IMG/VR virus record: IMGVR_UViG_3300020020_000028
Coordinates: 1 to 64,000 of that record
DNA: 64,000 nt
Source of the DNA: a virus
Direction: 5' to 3' (one strand)
A program made the translations under genes and the position numbers. Shown piece after piece: positions 26,955 through 38,955 of the stretch. Positions within the stretch are counted from its first letter, which is position 1. Each line of letters starts with the position of its first letter. The notes under the pieces were generated by a model. The model saw nothing but the letters and a program-made list of their open reading frames with translations, was not told the DNA's origin and made no database searches.

Positions 26955-29489
26955 TCATAGATCTAATCCATCATCCGATCCCGGCTCACGAGGCTCGTAA
27001 TGAGTCGGTTCAAATTCATCAGGGTCGCCGCTTGATTGAACGACACTCCGCAACTGCCAGTGCCATCTCTGCGCACGCTTCGAGATATAAACTTCAGTAC
27101 CATCGGCCAGTTGATGCCGTCGATCACGATTGCGACGCAACCAACTACCGAGTAACCGTCCATTCCAGAGTTGACCATCACGAGAGGGGAGTCCTGGTAG
27201 TTGCAGTAATGCAGGGAGAGTAATCACTTGATCACGTGCAGCAGCCGCCCATGCTTCGAGGAACTCTTCCATCTCGTCTTCATCTTCAGCGTCCGCATCT
27301 TGTTCGACATCTATCTTGTTCGCGAGAAACGCATGGAGTCCCGCGTTATACAGGATACCACCGATGGTATGGGACCACGGTTCGAACCCATTGAGTACTC
27401 GCGTCTCTTTGTGAGGAGGCCGACCCACCGCAATCCACGCTTTGACAAGTGTATAGAGTGCAGCGAGTAACTCGAATCGATGTGCAGGTACCCACGACAT
27501 GAGATCCTTGGTCCACCCTTGTGTACGATCACTCGGGCGAGCCATCGCAGAATCTAATCGTATCCTGCACATTCTCCCAGCCATGTCCTTCGGAAACGTC
27601 GGGTTGTTGCCTGTGGCCACGAAGGTCGAGAAATTCTGTGGGTTCGTGATCTCTGTGCTACCAAGAATTCTACCTAACCTCGCACCTTTCCCGGTCAAGA
27701 TCTTATTGAGGTCCGGGCTCTTGAGGTCCTTGACTTCATCGAGGAAGACAATCGGCGCACCGGTAATGAGAACCGCTGTGAGGAACTTACGACGCTCACT
27801 CTCATTACTATCCCACTCCGCTTCCGAGGGCCATGCACCCGTCAGGATATAGCACCAACACTGGACCATCAATGAGGCGCCAGTTCTCGTCGTTGGTTTA
27901 TCTACCAGAAAGAGCGGCACGGCATTGAACAGACTCCGCGTGAGGATCGTGAGCGGGAAGGCCATCATGTTCGCGTAGCTGGCTGTCTCACGCCAGTCGC
28001 ACCCTTGCTGGACGTCAAGAAATGGATGATGACCGGATCGCCCTTTGAATGGGAATTGCCACACCATCTCATCAAGCACGTTAATCGCTTTCGCGACATC
28101 TTGTTTCGATGGGCGATCTGGAATCGGAGGGAGATCGAAATCACGTGAGGGCTGATAGAACATGCCGCTACTGCGATGGAACCCCGGCGTCGTGATCAGG
28201 TACCCTTCATTGGTGAAGAAGGGAATAGGACTGAAGCCCATTGGTTCCGGAAGGGGTACCGCTGCGGACTTCAACATCATATTCGCGAAGTCACGCCCCG
28301 GATAGACGTTCGGTGTTGTGTTGCGTGGACGCACCTCGACGCAGGGAATCATGCGGCCCACGATCTCTCGGAACGAATCGGTTTCAATAGATCGAAAGCC
28401 TGAGACAGAGCGGAGGGCTGAGGGTTCTTCGAGCTTCAACTGTTCTTCATACAAGGTTGTGAGGCACGTATTGTTCGTGTCCCTGAGGATCACGATGTCA
28501 TCGCCACGTTTGAAGATCCCAGGAGGTTCGTTCGCGGCTACGACTCTCGTCCATGCCCGATCCACCATCGGCCACGTGAGGCTCAGTGTGTTGATCGTAG
28601 TTCCATCATCAGCGACGGCCCCCACACGCACAATGCTGTTGATCGCATTGAGTGTCGTGGTCCCGAGATTCTGCCCAAGCACATCAATGAGCGTACTACT
28701 CCCAGCAGTGGCTTGTCCTCGCTTGATTGCATCAGCCGTGGTATCGACAGCACCACTCACATCCTCAACATTAGAATCGGTCGCGGCCATGACCGTCTCT
28801 AGGATGTCAATGACGCGAGGTTTGTTGATCCCAAGCTCCAGTAAGATCTTGGCGAACGCTAATCTGAGATTGTGTCTGTTTTTCTCCGGCCAGATCGACG
28901 CGATGATGACACCAATGGCGCCGTGCTGAACCGCTTCTTCGAGATCTGACGGGGTATCGATGCGACCGATGGGAGTGATAGGAGAAACGAATCGGATGGG
29001 CTCACCTGTGCTGTGCGTGCTGCCCGGAGCCACAGAGAGTGTATGGGTTTTCTTCTGTGTCGTACCCCGCAACTCTACGATGACCTTGCCATCGACCCCC
29101 ACGTACTTACGAGTCCGGAGTACGCCACGCGCAAGATAGTTGGCGTGCGATCTGGGTTTGGAGGGTCTGCCGTACCACCATCCGGTTGGAGGGATTAGGT
29201 TCTCAATGATCTTACGAAAGACAGGATCAACGACATCGATATCCACGTCGTAGAAATACCAACCATCTCCGACGATGGTACCGTTGAGGACACCAACGTT
29301 ATCACCCGGACGGAATTCGGCTGGCGTCACGCGGTGCGTGTTCGCGCTCCATCCAGACAATCGCCCTTTCTTTTCTGCTTGCCGTACAGGGGTACAGAAA
29401 AGATTGCGTGTGGTGTAGAAGGTCAGGGCCTCATGTTGAGTTCCGGGCCCGACGAGATCGAGGGGATCTTGTGGAGTCTCTGACATCAC
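26955..29489 (-). CDS. Bifunctional primase-polymerase (Prim-Pol/AEP) fused to P-loop helicase-like domain
   Basis: NVGVLNG...DVDID...SH..Y...ELRG...VAPGSTH N-terminal motifs; RTGAS (Walker A-like), VFLDEV, ATGNN, GRMCRIRL. Confidence 0.8.
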   Translation of the reverse strand: MMSETPQDPLDLVGPGTQHEALTFYTTRNLFCTPVRQAEKKGRLSGWSANTHRVTPAEFRPGDNVGVLNGTIVGDGWYFYDVDIDVVDPVFRKIIENLIPPTGWWYGRPSKPRSHANYLARGVLRTRKYVGVDGKVIVELRGTTQKKTHTLSVAPGSTHSTGEPIRFVSPITPIGRIDTPSDLEEAVQHGAIGVIIASIWPEKNRHNLRLAFAKILLELGINKPRVIDILETVMAATDSNVEDVSGAVDTTADAIKRGQATAGSSTLIDVLGQNLGTTTLNAINSIVRVGAVADDGTTINTLSLTWPMVDRAWTRVVAANEPPGIFKRGDDIVILRDTNNTCLTTLYEEQLKLEEPSALRSVSGFRSIETDSFREIVGRMIPCVEVRPRNTTPNVYPGRDFANMMLKSAAVPLPEPMGFSPIPFFTNEGYLITTPGFHRSSGMFYQPSRDFDLPPIPDRPSKQDVAKAINVLDEMVWQFPFKGRSGHHPFLDVQQGCDWRETASYANMMAFPLTILTRSLFNAVPLFLVDKPTTRTGASLMVQCWCYILTGAWPSEAEWDSNESERRKFLTAVLITGAPIVFLDEVKDLKSPDLNKILTGKGARLGRILGSTEITNPQNFSTFVATGNNPTFPKDMAGRMCRIRLDSAMARPSDRTQGWTKDLMSWVPAHRFELLAALYTLVKAWIAVGRPPHKETRVLNGFEPWSHTIGGILYNAGLHAFLANKIDVEQDADAEDEDEMEEFLEAWAAAARDQVITLPALLQLPGLPSRDGQLWNGRLLGSWLRRNRDRRHQLADGTEVYISKRAQRWHWQLRSVVQSSGDPDEFEPTHYEPREPGSDDGLDL

Positions 29490-29754
29490 AACGCCAGAGC
29501 GGGAGACAGATTCATGTTAGCTCGCTCCATGAGGAAAGAGGCGAGTCTCCTGTGAATCTCTGAGCGAGCAGAGATCACACAGAAGCAAACGTCGGCCAGA
29601 CGTGCCTCGCCACCGCGGAGGTCCGGCAGGATTCCGAGCGGTGGCCTACTCTAACTTAAAAACCTTGTGATGTCCAATACTATCGTTTTTCCTAAGAATT
29701 TTGCGATATTGACGAGTTAGCATAAAATGAGAGGCTTGTCAAGGGCTTTGTGGG

Positions 29755-29783
29755 TAGACATTCTTTTGAAGAAGTGCTATGAT
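29755..29783 (+). promoter_or_regulatory. Sigma70-like promoter at the strand switch
   Basis: TAGACA-N17-TATGAT with extended TG; nearly identical to the promoter at 45510. Confidence 0.7.
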
Positions 29784-32188
29784 GTGGAAGCTCAATGACT
29801 GACACACAGAAGCTCGCGGCATGGTTCGACAAGGCACAGCCGAAGCCGGTTGCGCCGGTCTGCTGGAAACAGGTGGTCAAGGAGATGAAGCGATGAAGCA
29901 CTGGTCGGAGGCCCAACTGTGGAAAGCTCGTGGTAGTGGTGAGATCCTCACTGCGGGCGAACTGAAAACTCGGTACCGCGTGGAGTTGACTGGTGTGTCT
30001 CTGATTGACGCGACTTTCGACGTGCGTGCCGGTGGGGATGTGTGGGTACGTGTGAAGGAGATGAATCGATGACTGAACAGGTCTGTCAGAATCACCTGAC
30101 GAACGAACAGGTAGACGCGAAGAACCTTGAGATTTGGGCGGCGAAACCGTCGCGGTTCGGGGCCTACTACACGCTCGCATCTGATGGTGTGGCTACTGGC
30201 AACACACCGTTTCGCACGCACGGCAAGGTCACGACGTGGATGGGCGCGGAGATCGGCACAGTCACGTCGGCTCGTGTGTATCGTCACAACTTCGGTGGAC
30301 GGTTCGTGAGTCTGCGAGTGAAAGCGAACAACGGTGAGGAGTACTACGGACGCGCGAGCTACGACGGTGGGAGCTTCGTGATGCTGAATAAGGTGAAGCG
30401 ATGAACGGTCTAGTCTGGAGGATGGAGAACAGCAACGGCACGAGCAGACGTGACTGGCTCGACGAGAAGGACACGAACGACGCCATCAACAAGCTCGAAG
30501 CTGCGGCGGGTTGGCGCGGGGAGTGGGAGACGAATGACTTCGGGGGACAAGACTGGTGGGGAGTCACTGGCACGTTCAACGGAGCCGTGTTCACGCTCTA
30601 CACGCACAAGTCCGGCACCATCAAGATCGGAGGCTTCGAGGATCTGGACGTGGTTGGATTGAAGGCGGCGTTACAAGAGGTGATTCGATGACCGATTACG
30701 TCAGAGGCTGGATGGAGGCGGACGAAGCCATTCAGCACAAACTTCCGGGGTATCGAGACTTTTCTCAGGGGGATACCGATTGGGATCGTGGTTGGAATGC
30801 GAGAATCGAACAGGAGAGTAAGCGATGACAGACAGCCCATTCAACACCCCCATGACGGTGGCGCAACTCGAAGCACGATGCAAGCGAGACAACGTCGATA
30901 TTCATTGGGAGGTACCACGGCCAGCGAGTACTACGGTAGTGACGGTGGACGATGAGAAGCACGGGATCTGGAATGGCGAGCAGTTTCTCGGAAAATGCAT
31001 CGTGTGGGGAGGGTGAGATGACATGGTTGGATGCAGTGCTCGGACGTAAACCGAAGCACGAACATCGCTTCGGAGATTGGTTTTTGGTCGAAAGACAAGA
31101 GGTATTGAGGGGGCCGTTTGGGCGCACCGAATCCACGGTCTGGTGGAATACGCGCGTGTGCCCGTGCGGGTTCACGGAGATGAAAAAAGCAGAGGTAAAA
31201 TGATGACCTTTATTCGAGCCATCTTCGCAAGCATCCTTGCGATTGCCGCTGCTACGCTTGCTTTTTTGTGGATGATCTTGATCGTTGGTATCGTGGTTGG
31301 TCTGGTTGGTGTGTTTCTCATCGCAGTGATTAAGGTCGCATTATGGACCGTGGATATTTTTCTATGAGCAACTTCAGCAAGGCCGACGCGAAGGGCATCG
31401 TCGATGTTTTCTACATCGTGGCGTGGAGGATACCAAATCGTCCGGTATCTTATCATGCGATCAGTGGACGAGAAACGTTTGCGACCAATGCATGGTCGCG
31501 AGCGTTTCGTTTCGGTGTGTATGCTGATGCGAAAAGTATCGCAGATGTAACCAAAGGTGCGTGGGTGGAGAAGGTAGTGAGGGAGAGATTGTGATGATTG
31601 ATGTAGAGAAGTGCAGATGGCATCTGCACATAGCGTATAGAGAGTGGGTAGTCTGGGGGTACGGCCGCTCCTTGGAAGACTCAATTGGCCATGTCTCGCA
31701 GGCGTATTACGAAGGCCAGTCGCCTTTGCCTTGGTCGATTCCGTTTACACTACCTGAACACAATCCGAAGTCTGGACTCCGACCACCTCAGGAGATTCGA
31801 CGAGTAAAGTCGTGGGGTTGGCGTTTTCGAACCAACGACGGCATCAATGACACGAACTGGCATCTGGCAGAGTCGAGATCACAGTGCCTGACGGACGCAA
31901 AGGTATTTCTCGAACGTAGCGAACGACCTAATTCATCGCTAAACTGCGCCATTAAAGACGTGCGTGAGTATCTCAGCGGATTATGGTGAAAGGTAGTGAG
32001 GGAGAGATTGTGAAACTTATCACAAATACGCGTGCCTATCAATTTTACCGACAAGAGTGCGGCGATGATTTTATTGGCGAGATCCGAGATACGAGGCGCA
32101 CATACAACTGCACGTTTCGTCAAGCGGTAGGGAAACTCGCGAAACTGTATCGAGCCTGCTGGAGAGCGTGTAGAGAGTCCGCAGATTC

Positions 32189-32218
32189 TTGACAACGGAT
32201 CGGATTGTACGGTAGAAT
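32189..32218 (+). promoter_or_regulatory. Strong promoter, leaderless start at ATG 32225
   Basis: TTGACA-N18-TAGAAT-N6-ATG. Confidence 0.75.
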
Positions 32219-32626
32219 CTAAACATGTTCATCACCATCCACGACCGCAAGAACAGAAAGGCGTACCGGGCGTACGTCACACGAGAGTGGGCATTGCGAC
32301 ATGACAATGGTGCACTCATTTCTTGTGGACTGACCATCGACGAACCGTCCGCATGGAGTGGCAAGGTGTGGCTTAAGAGACGTGCATTCAATGACTTACG
32401 GAAGACCGGGCGCGTGACGGAGATCTCCGTCGAACAGGCGAATCACTCGGGATGCCAGTCACGGTGCAAGTTGCGGGGAGACAACATCTGTCAGTGGTAG
32501 GAGGTAAAAATGAATGATAGACCTGCAAAACCCTCGGAACAATTGGCATGGCCGTTTTACTGGCATTGGGATCCATTCCAGTTGAAGTGGCGCAAGGCGC
32601 GCGTTTACTTCTGACGTCGATACTTC

Positions 32627-32655
32627 TTGACACCGAATCGAAAAGAGGGTAGAAT
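32627..32655 (+). promoter_or_regulatory. Strong promoter, leaderless start at ATG 32662
   Basis: TTGACA-N17-TAGAAT-N6-ATG. Confidence 0.8.
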
Positions 32656-33139
32656 TTAAGCATGGAAAAACGGTACTACTTAGTTGAAGCGAACGGCAAA
32701 ACGTCGGGCCTCCTGACGAACCGTAAGCTGGCCGACGGTGTGGCGAAGAAGTACCACGGAGTCGTGTGGGCGGCGAATCAGCGCACGTTCGACGGTGGGA
32801 CGCAGTGGGGCGTAGACGTGCCCACGTTCAAGGCGCAGGCCGAAATGGTGGCTGATTTCACGGTCGGAGATGGATGGGTGAAGCGATGAATGTTCAAGGC
32901 TGGAGAGTATTGGATCCCAAGTTTCTCAAGATTCTCAAGAATCCCGGCGCGGTCTACGTGAGACTGCCTCTCGAACTGCAACGACCGACTGGTGGATGTA
33001 GTTGCGATTACTGCAAGCAGGCGAAGGTGGGCAACCCGGAGTACGTGCCGATGTGGGACACGCTTGGCGTACCTCTTGAACCGGGCAAAAGAACGTGGAC
33101 GTTACATGCACCGGAATGGAAGTAAAACGTCGAACTTTC

Positions 33140-33168
33140 TTGACACCGGATCAGAAAGGAGGTAGAAT
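33140..33168 (+). promoter_or_regulatory. Strong promoter, leaderless start at ATG 33175
   Basis: TTGACA-N17-TAGAAT-N6-ATG. Confidence 0.8.
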
Positions 33169-33391
33169 TAACTCATGACGAAAAAGCACTTCATCGCATT
33201 CGCGGCTCGGATGAAAGAGGATCTGGACAACGCCAAGCTCCGGTTCGACGAGGCGGAGTACAAACGCACGAAGGATGCTGTTACCTACGCGGCGTACGCG
33301 TTCGCAGACGTCGCGACGAGGGACAACAACCGGTTCGACCGGGACAGGTTCTTCACAGCATGCGGCCTCCGGTAGTACGGCCCCGTCAGAG

Positions 33392-33503
33392 GATGACGGG
33401 TAGAGCACACAAGGGTTAGGGTTCAACTCCCTACGTAGTAGCGAAGACTCCCGGTCTTCGAGCCGCTCCGGGCTGAGACTCCTTGTGTGCTCTATCGGTC
33501 ATC
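33392..33503 (+). ncRNA. Unclassified structured RNA with T-arm
   Basis: Perfect 14-bp stem TAGAGCACACAAGG/CCTTGTGTGCTCTA enclosing TAGGG-TTCAACT-CCCTA and two more hairpins. Confidence 0.6.
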
Positions 33504-33522
33504 TTCGAAACGCCGCAACTTC

Positions 33523-33551
33523 TTGACACTGAATCGAAACGGCGGTAGAAT
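33523..33551 (+). promoter_or_regulatory. Strong promoter, leaderless start at ATG 33558
   Basis: TTGACA-N17-TAGAAT-N6-ATG. Confidence 0.8.
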
Positions 33552-35253
33552 TTAAACATGACAAAGGTTCTAGCTCGATGGCAATCGCGCAAGGGTAAGC
33601 ACTGGGTCGAGGCCCTGCAACACGACGACGGCACGTTCGGGTTCCGTGCGGACGGTGCCGGAGGCTGCGGGTACAAGACGGCAGAAGACGCGCTCAAGCG
33701 TGCGGAACTCGAAGCGTCGTTCTACTCCGTGAAGATGGTGAGACAATGAAGATCACGTGGGTGCCCTACTGGATGGTCCGGACTGGCGAGAAGTTTCGGT
33801 TTGTCTACAATCCGTACTTCAATCCACGAGTCGGAGAGAAAGTGTTCGTCAAGGGGAAGAGTGGGTGGTTCTCGGACGAAGAGGGCCGCAAGTTTCGAAC
33901 GGGCAAGACTACGGCAGTCACGATCAATAAGGAGCATCAATGACTCTTCGGAACTTCATCCGAGACAATCGTTCGACCATCGACGCGCAGATCAACAGTG
34001 TTCGGTTTCGCCACGATGGACGCGGAGGTCGAGGAGTTATTCCCGAACCTGCACCGAAGTACAACGACAACGAACGGCGCGAGTGGGTACTCAACGATGA
34101 ACCGTTGTATCGGTTCGCGCAGGCTGAAGGAGTGAGGATATGAACAGAATGACTGCGGGACAGTTACTCGACATCGTTAGCCGTGCGCAGTCCGTCATCG
34201 AAGAGAGTGATGGTGCGGACGAACATCAGGAACTCATCGACGAACTACGGGAGGTCACGCAACTTTTCCGCGACGAGATCGGTGCCAGTCACATGAGTAC
34301 AGGGGCCGACGTGGTTCTGGTGGAGAGAGGGGACGCATGAGAACCTTCGAGAGGAGATCGCAGAGGCGCAAGGCTGGGATGTCAACAGTCAGTTGGATCT
34401 CCTGAGACTGAGCGCAGCCTCATCGTCTTGATTCGCAACGTACTGTGCATTCGCTGAAGATGCAGCGGCGATAGAGAATCAGAACGCAGAAGCCGAAGCC
34501 ATGATAGAGGAGGGGTGACGCGTGAGATTAGAAAGAATTTTGTTCGATGTCTACGCTGGTCTGATTCGGATCGGCTATACTAGAACAGGCGCAATCGATG
34601 CATTGCAAGTGCTTGGTATAGCTGAAGACGAAGCGATTCGTGTGGCGACAACTTACGAAGGAGGGACTGACGCATGAGAATCACCGCAAAAGCACGACCG
34701 TTCATACTGACATTCTTAGCTACCGGTACGTCGTACCCTCTCACGTCTGAAGAGGCGCAACGATTGCTCGATGAATATCCGGCAGTGACGGCGACGCGCA
34801 ACAAGGTTGTCTTTCAAGGACACAATACCTCGAAGGCATCGGAGCGTACCGTGTTACAACCGGCAACGCGTGGAGGAGGACCGGCGTTTGATGTGGATCG
34901 CTATTGGGAGGCGAAATGAGCTACGGACCTTGTATGTGCGGTGATACGCATTGCTCGTCGTGTGGTCCCGCGCAAGGCAATTGGCAGTGTCCGATCTGCC
35001 GTGCGTGGGCTGATGATGGCTGCGAACACTTCGAGAGTTACTGCGCGACGTGCGGCACGACCGACGTCGATGACTCCGAGAACGGAAACGAAACCTGCGC
35101 AGCCCACGGCCACGACATCACAATTCGCTTACGACCGGAGTTCACCGAACAGGTCGCGAAGATCGAGGCCGATCAACGTGAGGCTGACAACCGTTACGCG
35201 GCAGACATGATCGAAGAGGAGAGACTCGCGGAGGAGTACTGGAGAAATCAAAA

Positions 35254-35697
35254 ATGAAATTCATCTACGACGATGGAGGCCGCAAGGCGGCTGGCTATCT
35301 CGGGAGCACAGGTGATTGCGTCACACGTGCGGTTGCGATTGCTACACAGCAATATTACGCCGACGTGTACGCTACACTGGCAGCAGGCACGGCCACCGAA
35401 CGCCGCACGAAGCACAGTGGAAAAATCAGCGGCAAGCATACTGCCTCACATGGGATCCATACGACTCGCAAGTGGTTCAAAGACTACATGGCGGCACTCG
35501 GATGGTACTGGACACCGACGATGCAGATCGGCAGTGGTTGTACCGTGCATCTCCGGCAAGGCGAACTTCCGATGGGCCGTTTGATCGTCGCCGTCAGCAA
35601 ACACTTCACAACCGTGATCGATGGAGTCATCCACGATACGCATGATCCGTCGAGAGATGGGACTCGCTGTGTGTATGGGTACTGGAGGAAGAAGTGA
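35254..35697 (+). CDS. Conserved phage protein with papain-like Cys-His-Asp pattern
   Basis: GDCVTRAVAIA...KHFTTVIDGVIHDTHD. Confidence 0.55.
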   Translation: MKFIYDDGGRKAAGYLGSTGDCVTRAVAIATQQYYADVYATLAAGTATERRTKHSGKISGKHTASHGIHTTRKWFKDYMAALGWYWTPTMQIGSGCTVHLRQGELPMGRLIVAVSKHFTTVIDGVIHDTHDPSRDGTRCVYGYWRKK

Positions 35698-36082
35698 CAG
35701 AACGTGATCCTCGTGTGTACCATCCTCATCGGAAGGACGGGCTCGACAAGAATCTCACGCGTATCAACCAGAATGATTTTCTTGCCGGAAGTCGATGCAC
35801 GTGTGACGATTGTGTCTTACGCTACGAGGACTCCCGTCAGCATCTCCAATTCATCATCCTGTGCATGGGAGGTAGGAAATGAACTTCGATCATCAACTCC
35901 ACGCCTTCCGTACGTCCTATGGTCTGCCTCCAGACACGGACACACCTCCGGCCTGCGGCAAGGTCATCACACGTGCGTACGGGGTTCATTCGCCAAAGCC
36001 CACTGAGAAGTGCCCGGAGTGTGATGCACTGGTGTCTGCCCACCGATCCTCTGCCTCTCCCAATCCGGCCCGAAAAAAGGTC

Positions 36083-36111
36083 TAGACAACCTTTTTAAGA
36101 AGTGCTACACT
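36083..36111 (+). promoter_or_regulatory. Sigma70-like promoter
   Basis: TAGACA-N17-TACACT with extended TG. Confidence 0.65.
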
Positions 36112-36176
36112 TCTCTTGTTCGCTCCACGGCCACCCGATATCCGGGCAGCGGTAGGAAGGACAAAGGAAGTCAGCA

Positions 36177-37331
36177 ATGAATCTCTTCAAGGCGTCCAAC
36201 CAATGGTCGAATCGTCCGGTTGACGAACGGTTCGCCACCCTTCAGGAACTCCACGATGCTGTCTCCACCTACCGTCAGAGTGCGGTGGAAAAGACGGTGC
36301 CCTTCAACACGCTGCGAGCGGAAGCCAAAGATGGCGAAGTGCTCCTCGTGGGCAAGGGCAACATCCCCGCGCGTCTCACGCACTGGTCCTTCGGTCAGCT
36401 TGCGCAATCGGTGAATGCCCCGGCAAGCTACCTGCGGGCGCTCCCTGCGAGTCTCGCGGTGCAGAACCTAAACCACGGTCTGGTGAAGGTTGCTGACCGC
36501 TCGGATCGCGAGTTGCTCTTTCACGCCAACGGTGACTTGCTCGCACGCGCTATCACCTCCGAGAAGTACACGCGTATCTGGAACAGCGACATCACGTCGA
36601 GACTCCTGAGACTGCCGGATCTTGGATGGCAGGTACCTCCGGCGCGTCCGGCGTATCCGGACCAGCCCGGTACGCGCAAGGCGACCATCGAGGACGTACT
36701 TCACGGCGCGAGGTTCGGGCTGAGTGTGAACGTCGGAGACGAGATTGCACCGGCTGGCCTTTACGCGAGTGACCACGACATGTTCGTGTTCATGGTGAAC
36801 GATGCGAAGCGTATCAGCGAACCGGGGAATCCCGATGGACTGGCGCGAGGCTTCTTCATCTCGAACAGCGAGGTCGGATCTGCGGCTTTCACGGTGACTC
36901 GCTTCTTGTATCGGCACGTGTGCGGCAACCACATCGTGTGGGGAGCCAAGCAAGTAAGCGAGCTTCGCATCAAGCATATCGGCAACGCGGACGACCGGGC
37001 GTTCGGGGAAATCACCGGACAGTTGCGGGAGTACGCCGAGGATAGCGCGAGCGACGACGAAGCCCGCATCAAGCGAGCCGTAAGTTGTGTGCTGGGCAAG
37101 GACAAGGACGAGGTTCTCGACCGACTCTTCGGGATCAAGAATCTCGGAGTGACGCGCAAGTCTCTGGACTTGGCCTACGACTTGTGCGAGGTGCGCGAGC
37201 CGGATCTCAATCCGAACAGCGCATGGGGCATGGCGCAGGGGCTCACGAGGCTCTCGCAGGAGACGCCGTACGCGGACGAACGAGTGGATGCGGACCGTGC
37301 GGCCGGAAAGGTGCTGGCGGTAGCGTTCTGA
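36177..37331 (+). CDS. DUF932/DUF945-family phage/plasmid protein
   Basis: RAITSEKY, GFFISNSEVG, RHVCGNH and IKHIG motifs; has its own promoter and terminator. Confidence 0.75.
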   Translation: MNLFKASNQWSNRPVDERFATLQELHDAVSTYRQSAVEKTVPFNTLRAEAKDGEVLLVGKGNIPARLTHWSFGQLAQSVNAPASYLRALPASLAVQNLNHGLVKVADRSDRELLFHANGDLLARAITSEKYTRIWNSDITSRLLRLPDLGWQVPPARPAYPDQPGTRKATIEDVLHGARFGLSVNVGDEIAPAGLYASDHDMFVFMVNDAKRISEPGNPDGLARGFFISNSEVGSAAFTVTRFLYRHVCGNHIVWGAKQVSELRIKHIGNADDRAFGEITGQLREYAEDSASDDEARIKRAVSCVLGKDKDEVLDRLFGIKNLGVTRKSLDLAYDLCEVREPDLNPNSAWGMAQGLTRLSQETPYADERVDADRAAGKVLAVAF

Positions 37332-37337
37332 CGGAAT

Positions 37338-37368
37338 GGGAGAGGCCTTCGGGCTCCTCCCGTTTTTT
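37338..37368 (+). terminator. Rho-independent terminator
   Basis: GGGAG-a-GGCC-TTCG-GGCT-c-CTCCC followed by GTTTTTT. Confidence 0.75.
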
Positions 37369-38955
37369 CATACTGTCCGATGTCCGGAGGCGAAAGCCTG
37401 TGAAGGCTCGGCGGTGACGGTCTGAGCCTGTGAACCGTTGGGTACGTGGGGAAAGTTCAGATACCTGCGTACATGGAGTGGAATTATGAAGTTCGACATC
37501 TTACAACGCATCGAACGTCTCACTGGCTTCTTACGCATCTTGAGTAAGCCCGATGGTGATGTCTACCCACGGAACGCGAGGGAGTACAACGAGGCTCTCA
37601 AGGCGCTGAAGACGCTTGTCAATGATGTGAAGTATGTGGAGGAATAATGGTAAGTGAACTTGTAGACGCACAAGACAAGTTGATCAAGGCATATGAAGCC
37701 GCTATCGAGACAAAGGATCGACTGATTCAGGCGCAGGCTGATGTAATCGAGAGTCTGAAGAAAATCGTCGGCCTCCACGAACAGTTGAAGGTGCTTCTCA
37801 ACTACAAGAGGAGTCTCGAACAATGATGATCCCAACGGTTCACACGAACGGCACGGGCAAGAAAGATCTGCTCGAAGAACTGGAGACGGCGGTGAGGGCC
37901 GTGCGCGAGGCACGTAAGGCGGTACTCGACATCACCGTCCACGGGCGTGACTACTACGTGCAAGGATCGAATGCGTATGCGCAAGCACGAACGGAAATGG
38001 ATGTTCGACTTGCGGCGTTGAATCAAGTTCGAGACGATCTTCAGGTGATGTATGCAGAGATCCAGAAGCAGGGACGATGACGCAACAGGACATAGATCGG
38101 CTACTAGCAGAGTTGCGATACGTGCGGAGCAACAACGGGCTGGGTGGTGTGTACTACACACCTCCGGATTCGTGCGAGAATAAGTCGTACATGCAGATCG
38201 TCTGCGATGCATTGACCGAGATCTTAGAAGAGATGAAAAAGGAGAAGTCATGACATGGCTCGACGCTATTCTAGGACGTAAACCGAAGCACGAACATCGT
38301 TTCGGAGACTGGTTTTTAGTCGAGAGACAAGAGGCATGCGGGTTCACGGAGATGATGACACACACGTGTATTCCACCAGATGGTAGATTCAGTGCGACCC
38401 ATTAGGCCGAGCAGAGGTAAAGTAATGCACCTCTGCCCTGAGTGCGGCGAAGACCTTGGCAGCATGATCTACGACGTGGTTCGAAAGACGGACTACGCAC
38501 ATTTTCAGTGTCCGGAGTGCGGTGCAGATCTCGTGGCTGATGTGAAGCGAACGATCACGATAGAGGTGGATGAAGATGTATAGAGTCGTGCTGCAAGTAA
38601 TCGACGATAGCGTCTTTGCCTCTGGTATCGATGACCCACGGATCGTCAAGTCCGTCGAGGTCGGCGGCGTCTATCGAAAGCTGGCTCTGGCAGAGAAACT
38701 CGCTGTGCGTGCGGCGGAGATTATCAACGTGAACGAACCGAAGATCACAGGGAAGCGAGATGTTTAAACACCTACTCTCCGCCTTCGGGATCCACATACA
38801 CACGTGGGTGTATCACGAGGAAGAACCATACGAAGGTGCGCTAGTGGGCAGAGACTTTCGTGAGTGTGAGTGTGGAGCCCTCGAAGAATACATCACCGTG
38901 GGTATGCCGGGAGTAGGCATCGAATCCTCGTGGCTGAGAGTAAGGGAGTCTGACG

